From NCBI GenBank assembly GCA_028706995.1, contig JAQTVR010000003.1, positions 1 to 23,710 on the forward strand: a DNA stretch of 23,710 nucleotides. Direction: 5' to 3'. A program made the position numbers and the translations under genes. Below, piece after piece: positions 7,752-16,866 of the stretch; within the stretch, counting starts at the first letter, position 1, and every line of letters begins with the position of its first letter. A model generated the notes under the pieces. It worked only from the letters and a program-made list of their open reading frames with translations, did not search any database and had not been told where the DNA came from. The DNA is from Dehalococcoidales bacterium. Its GTDB lineage: Bacteria > Chloroflexota > Dehalococcoidia > Dehalococcoidales > UBA5627.

Positions 7752-8723
7752 CTAATGCCTCCTTCTCATGGACATTTGCTTTAATTGATCTTTAAAACTC
7801 ACTTCTTCCTCCCGAATAGCACGCCCGGTCAGTTTTAGGAAGACATCGTCTAGTGTCGGACGGTGTACGCTTATAGAAATAAGACTGCTATCGAAATGCC
7901 CTACCAGTTTGGGAAGAAATTTGTCACCCTGAGCAATATTAAAGGTAACTTCATCTTTATCGATCATCGAAGATATTCCATACCTTTCTTTTAATTCCAG
8001 GACTGCTGCCTTATTATCTTCGGCTTTTAACCTTACCTGGTCGCCTCCAATAGAATCTTTGAGCTTATCCGGTGTATCCATGGCTATTATACGCCCGTGG
8101 TCGATAATAGTAATGCGGTCACAGTTTTCGGCTTCATCCATATAATGCGTGGTCAAAAATATAGTTAAATTATGTTTGCGCCGCATATTATGAATATGAT
8201 CCCATATATGCCGGCGGTTCTGCGGGTCTAATCCTTGAGTCGGCTCATCTAAAAAAAGAACCTTAGGGCTATGTAGTAACCCGCGGGCAAGCTCCAGTCT
8301 CCTTTTCATCCCACCGGAAAAGGTGCTTACCTTACTTTTTCGCCTGTCGGACAATTCGACCAATTCCAGCAATTCTTTAATACTCTCTTCACTTTCTTTT
8401 TTAGGGATTTTATATGCATAAGCATGAAACCTCAGGTTTTGTTCAGCGCTTAAATATTCATCGAGAGTGGATTCCTGGAAGACCAGACCTATAGACTTGC
8501 GCACTTCAGCCCGCTGTTTAACTACATCGTAACCGTTAACCGTTGCTTTGCCCGACGTAGGTGTGAGCAAGGTGCACAGCATATTGATGGTTGTCGTTTT
8601 TCCTGCCCCGTTAGGCCCTAAAAAGCCGAATATCTCTCCTCCTTTTACGCCGAAAGAAACCCTGTCTACTGCCAACAAATTCCCAAATTTCTTGGAAAGT
8701 GCATCGACTTCGATTATGCTCAT
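7752..8723 (-). CDS. ABC transporter ATP-binding protein (DrrA/ABC-2 exporter type)
   Basis: Walker A GPNGAGKTT, signature FSGGMKRRLELA, Walker B VLFLDEPTQGLD, and H-loop TTHYMDEA. There is a C-terminal extension of about 100 aa, as in DrrA-like ATPases. Confidence 0.9.
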   Translation of the reverse strand: MSIIEVDALSKKFGNLLAVDRVSFGVKGGEIFGFLGPNGAGKTTTINMLCTLLTPTSGKATVNGYDVVKQRAEVRKSIGLVFQESTLDEYLSAEQNLRFHAYAYKIPKKESEESIKELLELVELSDRRKSKVSTFSGGMKRRLELARGLLHSPKVLFLDEPTQGLDPQNRRHIWDHIHNMRRKHNLTIFLTTHYMDEAENCDRITIIDHGRIIAMDTPDKLKDSIGGDQVRLKAEDNKAAVLELKERYGISSMIDKDEVTFNIAQGDKFLPKLVGHFDSSLISISVHRPTLDDVFLKLTGRAIREEEVSFKDQLKQMSMRRRH

Positions 8724-8818
8724 TTGTTTCTCCCTTTGGTATTAACATTCTCTTCGACAATATTGGTTTTATCCCATTATCGGCAACTAACCGTTACTGT
8801 AAATATTTACTATGATTT

Positions 8819-9088
8819 TTACTGTATCTTATCATTCTTTTCTTTAGTAACAATTTCTTCTAACTGAGACATCATCCCTTTAGCCCTGGTGAGAAATTCC
8901 GCCATAGATTCAGACCTGATAAATACTAAATCTTGTCCACCGTGTCCGCCGAATACCAGCAGTTTAGTAGCGGGAGAAATATTCATATCACGACGAGCCT
9001 CAGCAGGAATAACCACCTGACCTCTTTCCCCGACCGTGGTAGAGCCATAGAACTTATGTTCCCTTTCACCCATAATCTTTGATTCCAT
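8819..9088 (-). CDS. AbrB/MazE/SpoVT-family DNA-binding protein, probable regulator of the downstream ABC exporter
   Basis: The GQVVIPAEARRDMNISPATKLLVF looped-hinge-helix motif is present. SD AAGGAGG lies 5 nt before ATG 9088. Confidence 0.7.
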   Translation of the reverse strand: MESKIMGEREHKFYGSTTVGERGQVVIPAEARRDMNISPATKLLVFGGHGGQDLVFIRSESMAEFLTRAKGMMSQLEEIVTKEKNDKIQ

Positions 9089-9103
9089 ACCCCCCCTCCT
9101 TGT

Positions 9104-9128
9104 ATATGATTTTTACAATATATCATTT
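9104..9128 (+). promoter_or_regulatory. Conserved AT-rich motif ATATGAT-(TTTTA)-CAATATATCATTT in the divergent intergenic region, shared with the glnA upstream region
   Basis: ATATGAT at 9104-9110 and CAATATATCATTT at 9116-9128 recur contiguously at 18977-18996 in the same orientation. A third ATATGAT lies at 9221-9227. Confidence 0.4.
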
Positions 9129-9284
9129 TAATCATACTCATTCAACTATTTCATATTAACCTTTGAACAAACATCTTTTATAAAATATGTACCGCTATTT
9201 AATTTGCGGCAATTTATAGAATATGATATTATAAGGTATACGGCTACCGTATTCCGTTATTTGGTAATAGAGGGAATAACCCCG

Positions 9285-9779
9285 ATGAGAAAAATATATA
9301 TTAAAGAAGAAGTGTGCATCGGTTGTGGACTTTGCGAGGTGTATTGCCAGTTACAACATTCCAGTGTTCGGGACCTGATTAAAACCTTTAAAAAGAGGTT
9401 GCCCCGTCCGTTACCCAGGGTCAGGGTAGAAACTAAAGGCAATGTTTCCTTTTCGGTTCGTTGCCGCAACTGCGATGAGCCGGCATGCGCTTACGCCTGT
9501 CTTACCGGAGCTATTACACGCAACCCGGAAACCCGAATGATAACGGTAGACGAAGAGAAGTGCATCGGTTGCTGCACCTGCATGATGGTATGCCCGCTGG
9601 GGGCAATAAAACAGGATAAAGAGCATAAGAAAATGCTCAAGTGCGACTTCTGCCATGGGGAAGAAATACCTGCCTGTGTCGCCAACTGTCCTAACGAAGC
9701 TCTATTTTGCCTTGAACTGGACGATGCGTTAACCGATGTAAAAATGCGAATCCCATCACCTGTTTCTCAGGCTGTTTGA
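9285..9779 (+). CDS. 4Fe-4S polyferredoxin (CooF/HycB-like), probable electron-transfer subunit of the glutamate synthase module
   Basis: Four cluster motifs are present: CIGCGLCEVYC, CRNCDEPACAYAC, CIGCCTCMMVCP and CDFCHGEEIPACVANCP. ATG 9285 has SD GAGGGA upstream. The track start at 9204 is a TTG with no SD. Confidence 0.8.
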   Translation: MRKIYIKEEVCIGCGLCEVYCQLQHSSVRDLIKTFKKRLPRPLPRVRVETKGNVSFSVRCRNCDEPACAYACLTGAITRNPETRMITVDEEKCIGCCTCMMVCPLGAIKQDKEHKKMLKCDFCHGEEIPACVANCPNEALFCLELDDALTDVKMRIPSPVSQAV

Positions 9780-9866
9780 ACAAGGGATTTGCTAAGCTGT
9801 AAAATTCGTGTTTAAATTATTCATCAGGGCTGAATATAATACACGTTTAGAAAAAGGATATTTTAA

Positions 9867-10493
9867 ATGATAACTATCATCGATTATGGCGCCGGAAATC
9901 TGCGAAGCGTGCTTAACGCTTTCGCCAGGCTGGGTTATGCGACGAAACTGGCAAAGACCCCGCAGGAAGTACTAAATGCTGGGGTTGTTATACTCCCCGG
10001 GGTTGGCGCCGCCGCACATACGATGGACAGTTTAAGAAAGGCCGGATTGGATAAGGCAATCCGCAGCTATATCGCCGAAGACCGCCATTTCCTGGGTATA
10101 TGTATCGGTATGCAGATACTGCTTACCGGCACCGAGGAAGGCGGCTGGCACCAGTGCCTGGATATAGTTCCAGGCAAGGTAAAGAGATTTTCCGGATGTC
10201 TAAAAGTTCCCCACATGGGATGGAACCAGGTAAAACAAAAAAAGGCTCACCCGATTTTTGAGGGGATTCCCGATGAAGCGGATTTCTATTTCGTGCACAG
10301 TTATTACACCGACCCGGACGATAAATCAGCAGTGGCTGCCGAAACAACCTATGGTTCCCCGTTTTGCAGCGCTATAATCAAGGGGAATATGATAGCTACT
10401 CAATTCCATCCGGAAAAGAGCGGCGAAATCGGGCTAAAGGTATACGATAATTTTATTAAGATTGCTACCGGTAATAAAACCGGAAAAATCTAA
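9867..10493 (+). CDS. hisH: Imidazole glycerol phosphate synthase, glutamine amidotransferase subunit HisH
   Basis: IIDYGAGNLRSV start, nucleophile GICIGMQ, VPHMGWN, and QFHPEKSG supplying the His/Glu of the triad. At 208 aa it has typical HisH length. Confidence 0.9.
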   Translation: MITIIDYGAGNLRSVLNAFARLGYATKLAKTPQEVLNAGVVILPGVGAAAHTMDSLRKAGLDKAIRSYIAEDRHFLGICIGMQILLTGTEEGGWHQCLDIVPGKVKRFSGCLKVPHMGWNQVKQKKAHPIFEGIPDEADFYFVHSYYTDPDDKSAVAAETTYGSPFCSAIIKGNMIATQFHPEKSGEIGLKVYDNFIKIATGNKTGKI

Positions 10494-10511
10494 TAGTAAA
10501 GTGATAAAACG

Positions 10512-11834
10512 ATGAAAAAGACAGAAAGAATAAAATACCTGATCATCGGCAACTCTGCCGGAGGAATAGGTGCTGCCGAGGCCATCCGCGAGGTGGATAA
10601 GAACGGCACCATTATTATCGTCTCCGATGAACCCTATCCTGCCTACTCCCGCCCGCTTATCTCGGACTACCTGTCAGGCAAGCGTTCCATTGAGAAGATG
10701 AATTACCGGCCTTTCGATTTCTATGAGAAGAACAGTATCAGCACCATATTGGGCGAAAAAGTTAACCGGGTTGATTTTAAGAATAATACCGTTACCTTTA
10801 GCAACGGGCATATACTTACCTGGGAAAAACTGCTTATCGCCACCGGCGGCACCCCAATAGTTCCTCCGATGGATGGCAAAGAGGCAAGGGGGGTTTTTAC
10901 CTTTACCACGCTTGGTGATGCCAGGGCAATCGATGAATATCTCAATCAGAAAACCGGAGCAAATGCCGTTGTTATCGGGGGTGGGCTTATTGGTGTCAGC
11001 GTTACGGAATCGTTACTAAAACGAGGCGTGAAGGTTTCAATTATTGAAATGAAAGATCGCGTCCTTAATATAATTCTCGATGAAATAACATCGGCTATGG
11101 AAGATAAAGCCATCAGGGCATCCGGCGCCGAGATAATCACCGGTCACACGGTAACTAAAATTAACAGTAACTCCCGGGGTGAGGTTGAGAGCGTAACTCT
11201 GGATGACGGCAAAACGATACCCTGCAGCATAGTTATCATATCTATCGGCATCAGGCCGCGCCTTGAACTGGTTCAAAATAGCGAAATAAAAATAAATCGC
11301 GGTATTGTAGTCAACATGCATATGGAAACTTCTATTCCAAATGTTTATGCCTGCGGCGATGCTGCCGAGGCCTACGATTTTATATACCGGGAAAACCGCC
11401 TGACCCCTATCTGGCCTAATGCTTACCTTGGGGGAAGAATTGCCGGTTTAAACATGTCGGGGAAAACAGCCGAATACCCCGGGGGCACTGCTTTAAATGC
11501 CATAAAGTACTTCGGAGTATACATAGTTTCAGCGGGAATGGCCGCTTCCCCCGATAGCACATATGAAGAGGTTGTTGCCAACGGAGAAAGTTCATATAAA
11601 AAATTGATATTAAAAGAAGGTTTTATCACAGGGATGGTTTTCAGCGGCGATGTTGATAGAGCTGGGATTATCTATAACCTGATGAAAGACAGGTTATACG
11701 TTAACAGCTTTAAGAATGACCTGGTAACCGAGAACTTCGGCTTATTGTCTCTGCCGGAAAAAATATGGCGCAACAGGCTGGCAACATCACCGCTTGAGTC
11801 CGATAGTTCGAAGAGTTCGGTAAGCCCCTGCTAG
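10512..11834 (+). CDS. FAD/NAD(P)-dependent pyridine nucleotide-disulfide-family oxidoreductase, probable NAD(P)H input subunit
   Basis: FAD dinucleotide fold IIGNSAGGIGAAEAI, a second Rossmann fold AVVIGGGLIGVSVTE, and ACGDAAE near the C-terminal FAD motif. Confidence 0.8.
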   Translation: MKKTERIKYLIIGNSAGGIGAAEAIREVDKNGTIIIVSDEPYPAYSRPLISDYLSGKRSIEKMNYRPFDFYEKNSISTILGEKVNRVDFKNNTVTFSNGHILTWEKLLIATGGTPIVPPMDGKEARGVFTFTTLGDARAIDEYLNQKTGANAVVIGGGLIGVSVTESLLKRGVKVSIIEMKDRVLNIILDEITSAMEDKAIRASGAEIITGHTVTKINSNSRGEVESVTLDDGKTIPCSIVIISIGIRPRLELVQNSEIKINRGIVVNMHMETSIPNVYACGDAAEAYDFIYRENRLTPIWPNAYLGGRIAGLNMSGKTAEYPGGTALNAIKYFGVYIVSAGMAASPDSTYEEVVANGESSYKKLILKEGFITGMVFSGDVDRAGIIYNLMKDRLYVNSFKNDLVTENFGLLSLPEKIWRNRLATSPLESDSSKSSVSPC

Positions 11835-11886
11835 TCAGCCGAAATGATAACTCGCCATAAACCACTATTATGTAAAGGAGCCGAAG

Positions 11887-13029
11887 ATGCAGAATCTAGG
11901 GCATGTAAATAATAATCATAACGACGATAAGGTAATAGATGCCTGCTCTATATTTGGAGCGATGAACACCTTGGGTCATAGATTTTCCGGAGAGGGCGTT
12001 ATTAAGGCTATTGCCAATATGCATGATCGCGGCAACGGCCTGGGTGGAGGCTTTGCTATTTACGGGTTATATCCGGAATATACGGATTTATATGCCTTTC
12101 ATATCATGTATCTAAGCCAGCAGGGTAAACAGGAAACAGAGGCATTTTTAAAAGATAATTTTAAAATCTTCCACCAGGAGGATGTGCCGACACGAAAGAC
12201 CATTAAAATTATCAACCCTCCGCTGGTTCGACGCTATTTCGTGGATATTAACATGCATCAACCCGATAACGCACTGCATAATGACTATATACTTGATAAG
12301 GTGATGCAGATAAATACACGGCTCTGCGACAGTTTCGTTTTTTCCAGTGGCAAGGATATGGCTGTCTTTAAAGGGGTGGGTTATCCCGAAGAGATAGCTG
12401 AGTTCTTTTGCCTGGAACAATATAAAGGATATATCTGGACATCTCACGGCAGATTCCCTACCAATACCCAGGGGTGGTGGGGAGGCGCTCACCCGTTCAG
12501 TATCCTGGATTGGACAGTAGTTCATAATGGAGAGATCTCATCCTATGGCATCAACCAGCGCTACCTTGAGGGATTTGGATATCATTGCACCATGCAGACG
12601 GATACCGAAGCTATAGCCTATGCCGTCGACCTGCTGGTGCGTAAACATAAATTACCCGTCGAGATAATGGCAAAGGTATTCGCTCCGCCGTTCTGGGATG
12701 ATATCGACCGCATGCCGCCTAAAGAACACGAACTGGTACAGGCGCTTAGACAGGTTTACGGCAGCCTGATGCTAAATGGCCCCTTTGCCGTCTTGATAGC
12801 GCACCATGGAGAGCTTATAGGTCTTACCGACCGCATAAGACTGCGCCCGTTAACCATCGGAGAAAAGGGAGACATGGTCTACCTTTCATCCGAAGAATCA
12901 GCTATACGGCTTGTTAGCCCCGAACTGGATAGAGCCTGGATTCCCATGGGAGGAGAGCCGGTTATTACCCGGCTCAAGATAGGAAATGAACAAAAAGACG
13001 GCTCTATCAAGGAAGCTATTCCCGCCTAG
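11887..13029 (+). CDS. Class-II (Ntn) glutamine amidotransferase subunit of archaeal-type split glutamate synthase
   Basis: [18 protein letters not shown] and [12 protein letters not shown] are GATase_2 hallmarks. The candidate nucleophile Cys is in [10 protein letters not shown] at codon 20. There is a strong SD AAGGAG. Confidence 0.85.
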   Translation: MQNLGHVNNNHNDDKVIDACSIFGAMNTLGHRFSGEGVIKAIANMHDRGNGLGGGFAIYGLYPEYTDLYAFHIMYLSQQGKQETEAFLKDNFKIFHQEDVPTRKTIKIINPPLVRRYFVDINMHQPDNALHNDYILDKVMQINTRLCDSFVFSSGKDMAVFKGVGYPEEIAEFFCLEQYKGYIWTSHGRFPTNTQGWWGGAHPFSILDWTVVHNGEISSYGINQRYLEGFGYHCTMQTDTEAIAYAVDLLVRKHKLPVEIMAKVFAPPFWDDIDRMPPKEHELVQALRQVYGSLMLNGPFAVLIAHHGELIGLTDRIRLRPLTIGEKGDMVYLSSEESAIRLVSPELDRAWIPMGGEPVITRLKIGNEQKDGSIKEAIPA

Positions 13030-13040
13030 GAGTAAGCAAA

Positions 13041-13808
13041 ATGTTAACTAAGAGGGTTATCCCCTGTCTTGATGTAAAAGACGGGCGGGTGGTAAAAGGA
13101 AGAAGTTTTATAAATTTGTGCGATGCCGGCGACCCGGTAGAGCTTGCCGATTTTTATTATAAGGAAGGCGCCGATGAACTGGTTTTCCTGGATATATCCG
13201 CCAGTTCCGAGGGACGAGATACTATGGTTGAAGTGGTGGAACGCATCTCGGAAAAGGTGTTTATGCCGCTAACCGTGGGCGGTGGACTTCGAAGCATAGA
13301 TAATATTCGACGCATGCTGCTTGCCGGTGCGGATAAGACATCTTTAAATACCGCGGCAGTACTCAACCCCGACCTGATTAGGGAAGGGGCGGATAAATTC
13401 GGTAGCCAGTGTATAGTGGTGGCCATAGATGTCAGGCGCGTGGTTGCCAGTAAAGAACCCAAATGGGAGGTTTATACTCATGGTGGACAAAAACCCTCCG
13501 GCCTGGATGCGCTGGAATGGGCAAAGAAAGTGGTTGCGCTTGGCGCAGGAGAGATACTCCTTACCAGCATGGATGCCGACGGGCACCAGTCGGGATACGA
13601 TAATGAACTTACACGCACTATCTCCGAGGCAATTAGCGTGCCGGTAATTGCCAGCGGTGGCGCAGGTTCCCCAAAGGACCTGTATGATGCCCTGGTTTTG
13701 GGCAAAGCCGATGCAGTGCTGGCAGCCAGCATACTGCACTACAACAACTATACGATAAGTAGTATCAAGGATTACCTGGAAAAACATGGGATCCCAGTAC
13801 GTATATAA
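13041..13808 (+). CDS. hisF: Imidazole glycerol phosphate synthase, cyclase subunit HisF
   Basis: [45 protein letters not shown]...GYD, IASGGAG. All canonical HisF blocks are present, including both catalytic Asp residues. Confidence 0.92.
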   Translation: MLTKRVIPCLDVKDGRVVKGRSFINLCDAGDPVELADFYYKEGADELVFLDISASSEGRDTMVEVVERISEKVFMPLTVGGGLRSIDNIRRMLLAGADKTSLNTAAVLNPDLIREGADKFGSQCIVVAIDVRRVVASKEPKWEVYTHGGQKPSGLDALEWAKKVVALGAGEILLTSMDADGHQSGYDNELTRTISEAISVPVIASGGAGSPKDLYDALVLGKADAVLAASILHYNNYTISSIKDYLEKHGIPVRI

Positions 13809-13821
13809 AAAGGTAAAGACG

Positions 13822-15327
13822 ATGAAGACATATTTAACTTCTAAATTTGCTGTAATCAGAGACCCCGACAGGTGCATTCAATGTCAGGTGTGTATCAACC
13901 AGTGCGGCTTTAATGCCAACTATTTCGACGCCGAAGAGAACGAGGTTAAGAGCCGCAATGAAAACTGCGTTGATTGCCAGCGATGTGTTATCTTCTGCCC
14001 TACCCAAGCCTTAACCGTTACCGGCGCTCCGCTGGAATACAGGTATAATTGCAACTGGAAAGCAAATGTTATAGAGGATATCAACAAGCAGGCGGAAACC
14101 GGAGGAGTTCTCCTTACCGGTATGGGCACCGATAAGGATTACCCTATATACTGGGACCACCTTTTACTCAATGCCAGTCAGGTAACCAATCCATCTATAG
14201 ACCCGTTACGCGAACCAATGGAGCTTACTACATATCTAGGCAGTAAGCCGAATAAGCTGGATATCGACCCCGATACTCTTGAGTTAAAAACAAAAATGGC
14301 GCCTCAGGTAAAGTTAAACGTACCTGTAATGTTCTCGGCAATGTCATACGGCGCCGTAAGCTTGAATGTGCAGACATCGCTGGCTAAAGCGGCTACCGAA
14401 ATCGGAACATTATGGAATACCGGCGAAGGAGGGCTGCATTCCAGCCTGATTAAATACGGAAATAATACCACCGTACAGGTGGCTTCAGGACGTTTCGGCG
14501 TCCATTCTGAATACCTGAATGCCGGCAGGATAATCGAGATCAAGATCGGCCAGGGGGCAAAACCCGGCATCGGCGGGCATCTCCCCGGTGAAAAGGTAAG
14601 CAGCGAGGTGTCTCTAACAAGGATGATACCCCAGGATTCCGATGCCCTTTCCCCGGCACCGCATCACGATATCTATTCTATCGAGGACCTGTTGCAGCTT
14701 ATACATGCTTTAAAGGAAGCGACCAATTATTCAAAGCCGATATCGGTAAAGATCGCCGCCGTTCATAACGCCGCTGCCATTGCCAGCGGTATAGTGCGCG
14801 GGGGAGCCGATATTGTGGTTATTGACGGTTTCCGTGGGGCTACCGGCGCTGCCCCCAAGGTTATACGCGATAACGTGGGTATTCCTGTCGAACTGGGGCT
14901 GGCTTCAATCGATACGCGGCTCAGGCAGGAAGGCATCCGCAACAAGGCGTCTATCGTCGTCTCCGGCGGCATACGTAACAGTGGCGACGTTGTAAAGGCT
15001 ATCGCACTTGGTGCTGATGCAGTGAACATCGGCACTGCCGCTTTAATAGCGCTGGGTTGCCATGTCTGCCAGCAGTGCCATACCGGAAAATGCTCCTGGG
15101 GAATCTGCACCAGCGACTTGCGCCTGACCAGGAGAGTTAATCCTGAAGTCGGTGCCCGCAGATTGACGAATCTGATTCGCGGTTGGAGTTTAGAGATAAA
15201 AGATATTCTGGGCGGATTGGGCGTTAATGCCATAGAAAGCCTCAAAGGTAACCGTTTACATTTACGAGGTATCGGCTTAACCGATACGGAGCTTGAAATA
15301 CTGGGTGTCAGGGTTGCAGGGAGTTAA
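13822..15327 (+). CDS. Glutamate synthase FMN-binding (GltB central domain) subunit with N-terminal 2x[4Fe-4S] ferredoxin domain
   Basis: CIQCQVCINQCG and CVDCQRCVIFCP, then GEGG...QVASGRFGV...IEIKIGQGAKPGIGGHLPGEKV...SPAPHHDIYSIEDL...IDGFRGATGAAP. ATG 13822 is preferred. The track start at 13786 would overlap hisF by 23 nt. Confidence 0.9.
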   Translation: MKTYLTSKFAVIRDPDRCIQCQVCINQCGFNANYFDAEENEVKSRNENCVDCQRCVIFCPTQALTVTGAPLEYRYNCNWKANVIEDINKQAETGGVLLTGMGTDKDYPIYWDHLLLNASQVTNPSIDPLREPMELTTYLGSKPNKLDIDPDTLELKTKMAPQVKLNVPVMFSAMSYGAVSLNVQTSLAKAATEIGTLWNTGEGGLHSSLIKYGNNTTVQVASGRFGVHSEYLNAGRIIEIKIGQGAKPGIGGHLPGEKVSSEVSLTRMIPQDSDALSPAPHHDIYSIEDLLQLIHALKEATNYSKPISVKIAAVHNAAAIASGIVRGGADIVVIDGFRGATGAAPKVIRDNVGIPVELGLASIDTRLRQEGIRNKASIVVSGGIRNSGDVVKAIALGADAVNIGTAALIALGCHVCQQCHTGKCSWGICTSDLRLTRRVNPEVGARRLTNLIRGWSLEIKDILGGLGVNAIESLKGNRLHLRGIGLTDTELEILGVRVAGS

Positions 15328-15329
15328 AA

Positions 15330-16088
15330 ATGGGTATTGATAATAAAACCTTAATAAAAATAGATACTTGCGGTATTTACTACCGAGACCTTAATGCAAG
15401 GCTCAGGGAAGTAATGCAAAACGGCACGCAGAAGATAGAACTGACCAATGTCTGCGGGCAGAGGTATATAGGCACGGATCTGAATAAAAAGGTAGATATA
15501 GAGATACACGGAACCCCGGGCAATGACATGGGAGCCTTTATGAACGGGCCTAAGATAGTGGTATATGGCAATGCCCAGGACGGCTGCGGCAATACCATGA
15601 ACGAAGGTGAGATAGTCGTCCACGGGCATGCCGGCGATATTACCGGCTTATCTGCCAGGGGCGGTAAAATCTTTATAAGAGACGACGTCGGATACAGGGC
15701 CGGAATACACATGAAAGAATACAAGGAGAAGAAACCAACGATTGTTATAGGCGGCACCGCCCAGGATTTCCTTGGGGAATATATGGCCGGAGGCGTCCTT
15801 GTACTCCTGGGAATGAATCTCAAGGCCGGTGAAAAACATAAAGCCAGGTTTGTCGGCACGGGGATGCACGGCGGGGTTATCTATATAAAAGGCGAGATAG
15901 AAGATTATCAACTTGGGAAAGAAGTCGGAATTGTCGAACTGGATGAAAATGACCTCACGGTCTTACACCAACTGGTGCATGAATTTTGCGCCCATTTCGG
16001 TTGCGATGCAGATTCGATACTGAATCAGAAATTTATAAAACTCTTCCCGCGCTACCTGCGGCCTTACGGGAGGCTCTACGCTTATTAA
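15330..16088 (+). CDS. Glutamate synthase GXGXG-domain (GltB C-terminal domain) subunit
   Basis: Beta-helix repeats GTPGNDMGAFMNGPKIVVYGNAQDGCGNTMNEGEIVVHGHAGD...GGKIFIRDDVGYRAG. It starts 2 nt after the preceding stop. Confidence 0.9.
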   Translation: MGIDNKTLIKIDTCGIYYRDLNARLREVMQNGTQKIELTNVCGQRYIGTDLNKKVDIEIHGTPGNDMGAFMNGPKIVVYGNAQDGCGNTMNEGEIVVHGHAGDITGLSARGGKIFIRDDVGYRAGIHMKEYKEKKPTIVIGGTAQDFLGEYMAGGVLVLLGMNLKAGEKHKARFVGTGMHGGVIYIKGEIEDYQLGKEVGIVELDENDLTVLHQLVHEFCAHFGCDADSILNQKFIKLFPRYLRPYGRLYAY

Positions 16089-16096
16089 AATAGAGC

Positions 16097-16828
16097 ATGG
16101 TTTCTGTTATACTTATGTTTGTAAGTACAACCTCCCTGTGGGAATGTGAAATAGTATTGTTCAGTATATTATTGATAACAAAAGAACCCGGAGAACCGGT
16201 AGAACTAGAGTCAGGATTGATTCAAAATGGTTTTACCTGCTCGGGTATATCTTACAAAGATGTAGAATTGGACCAGGTACCCCGGCAAACCCCCGACGTC
16301 ATAATTTTAGAAGTAACCGATAATCTGCCCTCTCTCACAACATGGCATTTAATCAACTGGTTCAAACATAAAATATCCCTGCCTGTTATCGCCATAGTAG
16401 ATAAAAAATACCTGTATAATATAAATAATCTCAGGATAGATGATTTTATCGTAACCCCCTTTGATATTAACGAGCTTGTTGCAAGGATAAAACGCCTGCT
16501 GCAAAGGGTTAAAAACATGGAAAGCGGGGATGTAATAAAATGCGACGGGTTGCTTATCGACCTGGTCAAATGCGAGGTTACCCTGGAAAACCAGATTATC
16601 GAGCTTACCTTTAAAGAGTATGAACTGCTCCGGTATCTTGCCAGTAATCAAGGCCGCGTTTTCTCAAGAGAAGCCCTGCTGGATAAGGTATGGGGATATG
16701 ATTATTTCGGCGGAGACAGAACTGTGGATGTACATATAAGAAGACTCAGGAGCAAGATAGAAGACGCCGACCATACTTTTATAGAGACAGTACGCAATAT
16801 AGGATACAGGTTCAAAAAGAACACTTAA
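16097..16828 (+). CDS. OmpR/PhoB-family winged-helix transcriptional regulator with a degenerate (pseudo-)receiver domain
   Basis: The C-terminal region LTFKEYELLRYLASNQGRVFSREALLDKVWG..YFGGDRTVDVHIRRLRSKIE......IETVRNIGYRF is a canonical Trans_reg_C domain. The N-terminal half has the receiver fold pattern but altered hallmark residues (see findings). The start is uncertain: ATG 16097, ATG 16115 or TTG 16157. Confidence 0.85.
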   Translation: MVSVILMFVSTTSLWECEIVLFSILLITKEPGEPVELESGLIQNGFTCSGISYKDVELDQVPRQTPDVIILEVTDNLPSLTTWHLINWFKHKISLPVIAIVDKKYLYNINNLRIDDFIVTPFDINELVARIKRLLQRVKNMESGDVIKCDGLLIDLVKCEVTLENQIIELTFKEYELLRYLASNQGRVFSREALLDKVWGYDYFGGDRTVDVHIRRLRSKIEDADHTFIETVRNIGYRFKKNT

Positions 16829-16866
16829 ACAATCCCTCGTCATAAGTCCCCGGATTTAACACCGCT

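Noticed and set aside
9090-9096. C7 (G7 on the coding strand) homopolymer between the SD and ATG of the AbrB-like gene as a phase-variation tract
   Set aside because: Seven bases is short for slipped-strand switching, and the run is partly the SD itself (GGAGGGGGGG). Nothing in a single sequence indicates length variation.
10491-10499. Three consecutive in-frame stop codons (TAA TAG TAA) at the end of hisH
   Set aside because: It is a curiosity only. Tandem stops are common and need no special explanation.
13344-15245. Long minus-strand ORFs antisense to hisF and the GltB subunit (13344..13877, 13478..13732, 14763..15245)
   Set aside because: These are shadow ORFs opposite strongly supported plus-strand genes. 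Their products are Ala/Pro/Ser-rich with no motifs. The same reasoning applies to 20848..21390 and 20654..21109, which lie opposite nfeD.
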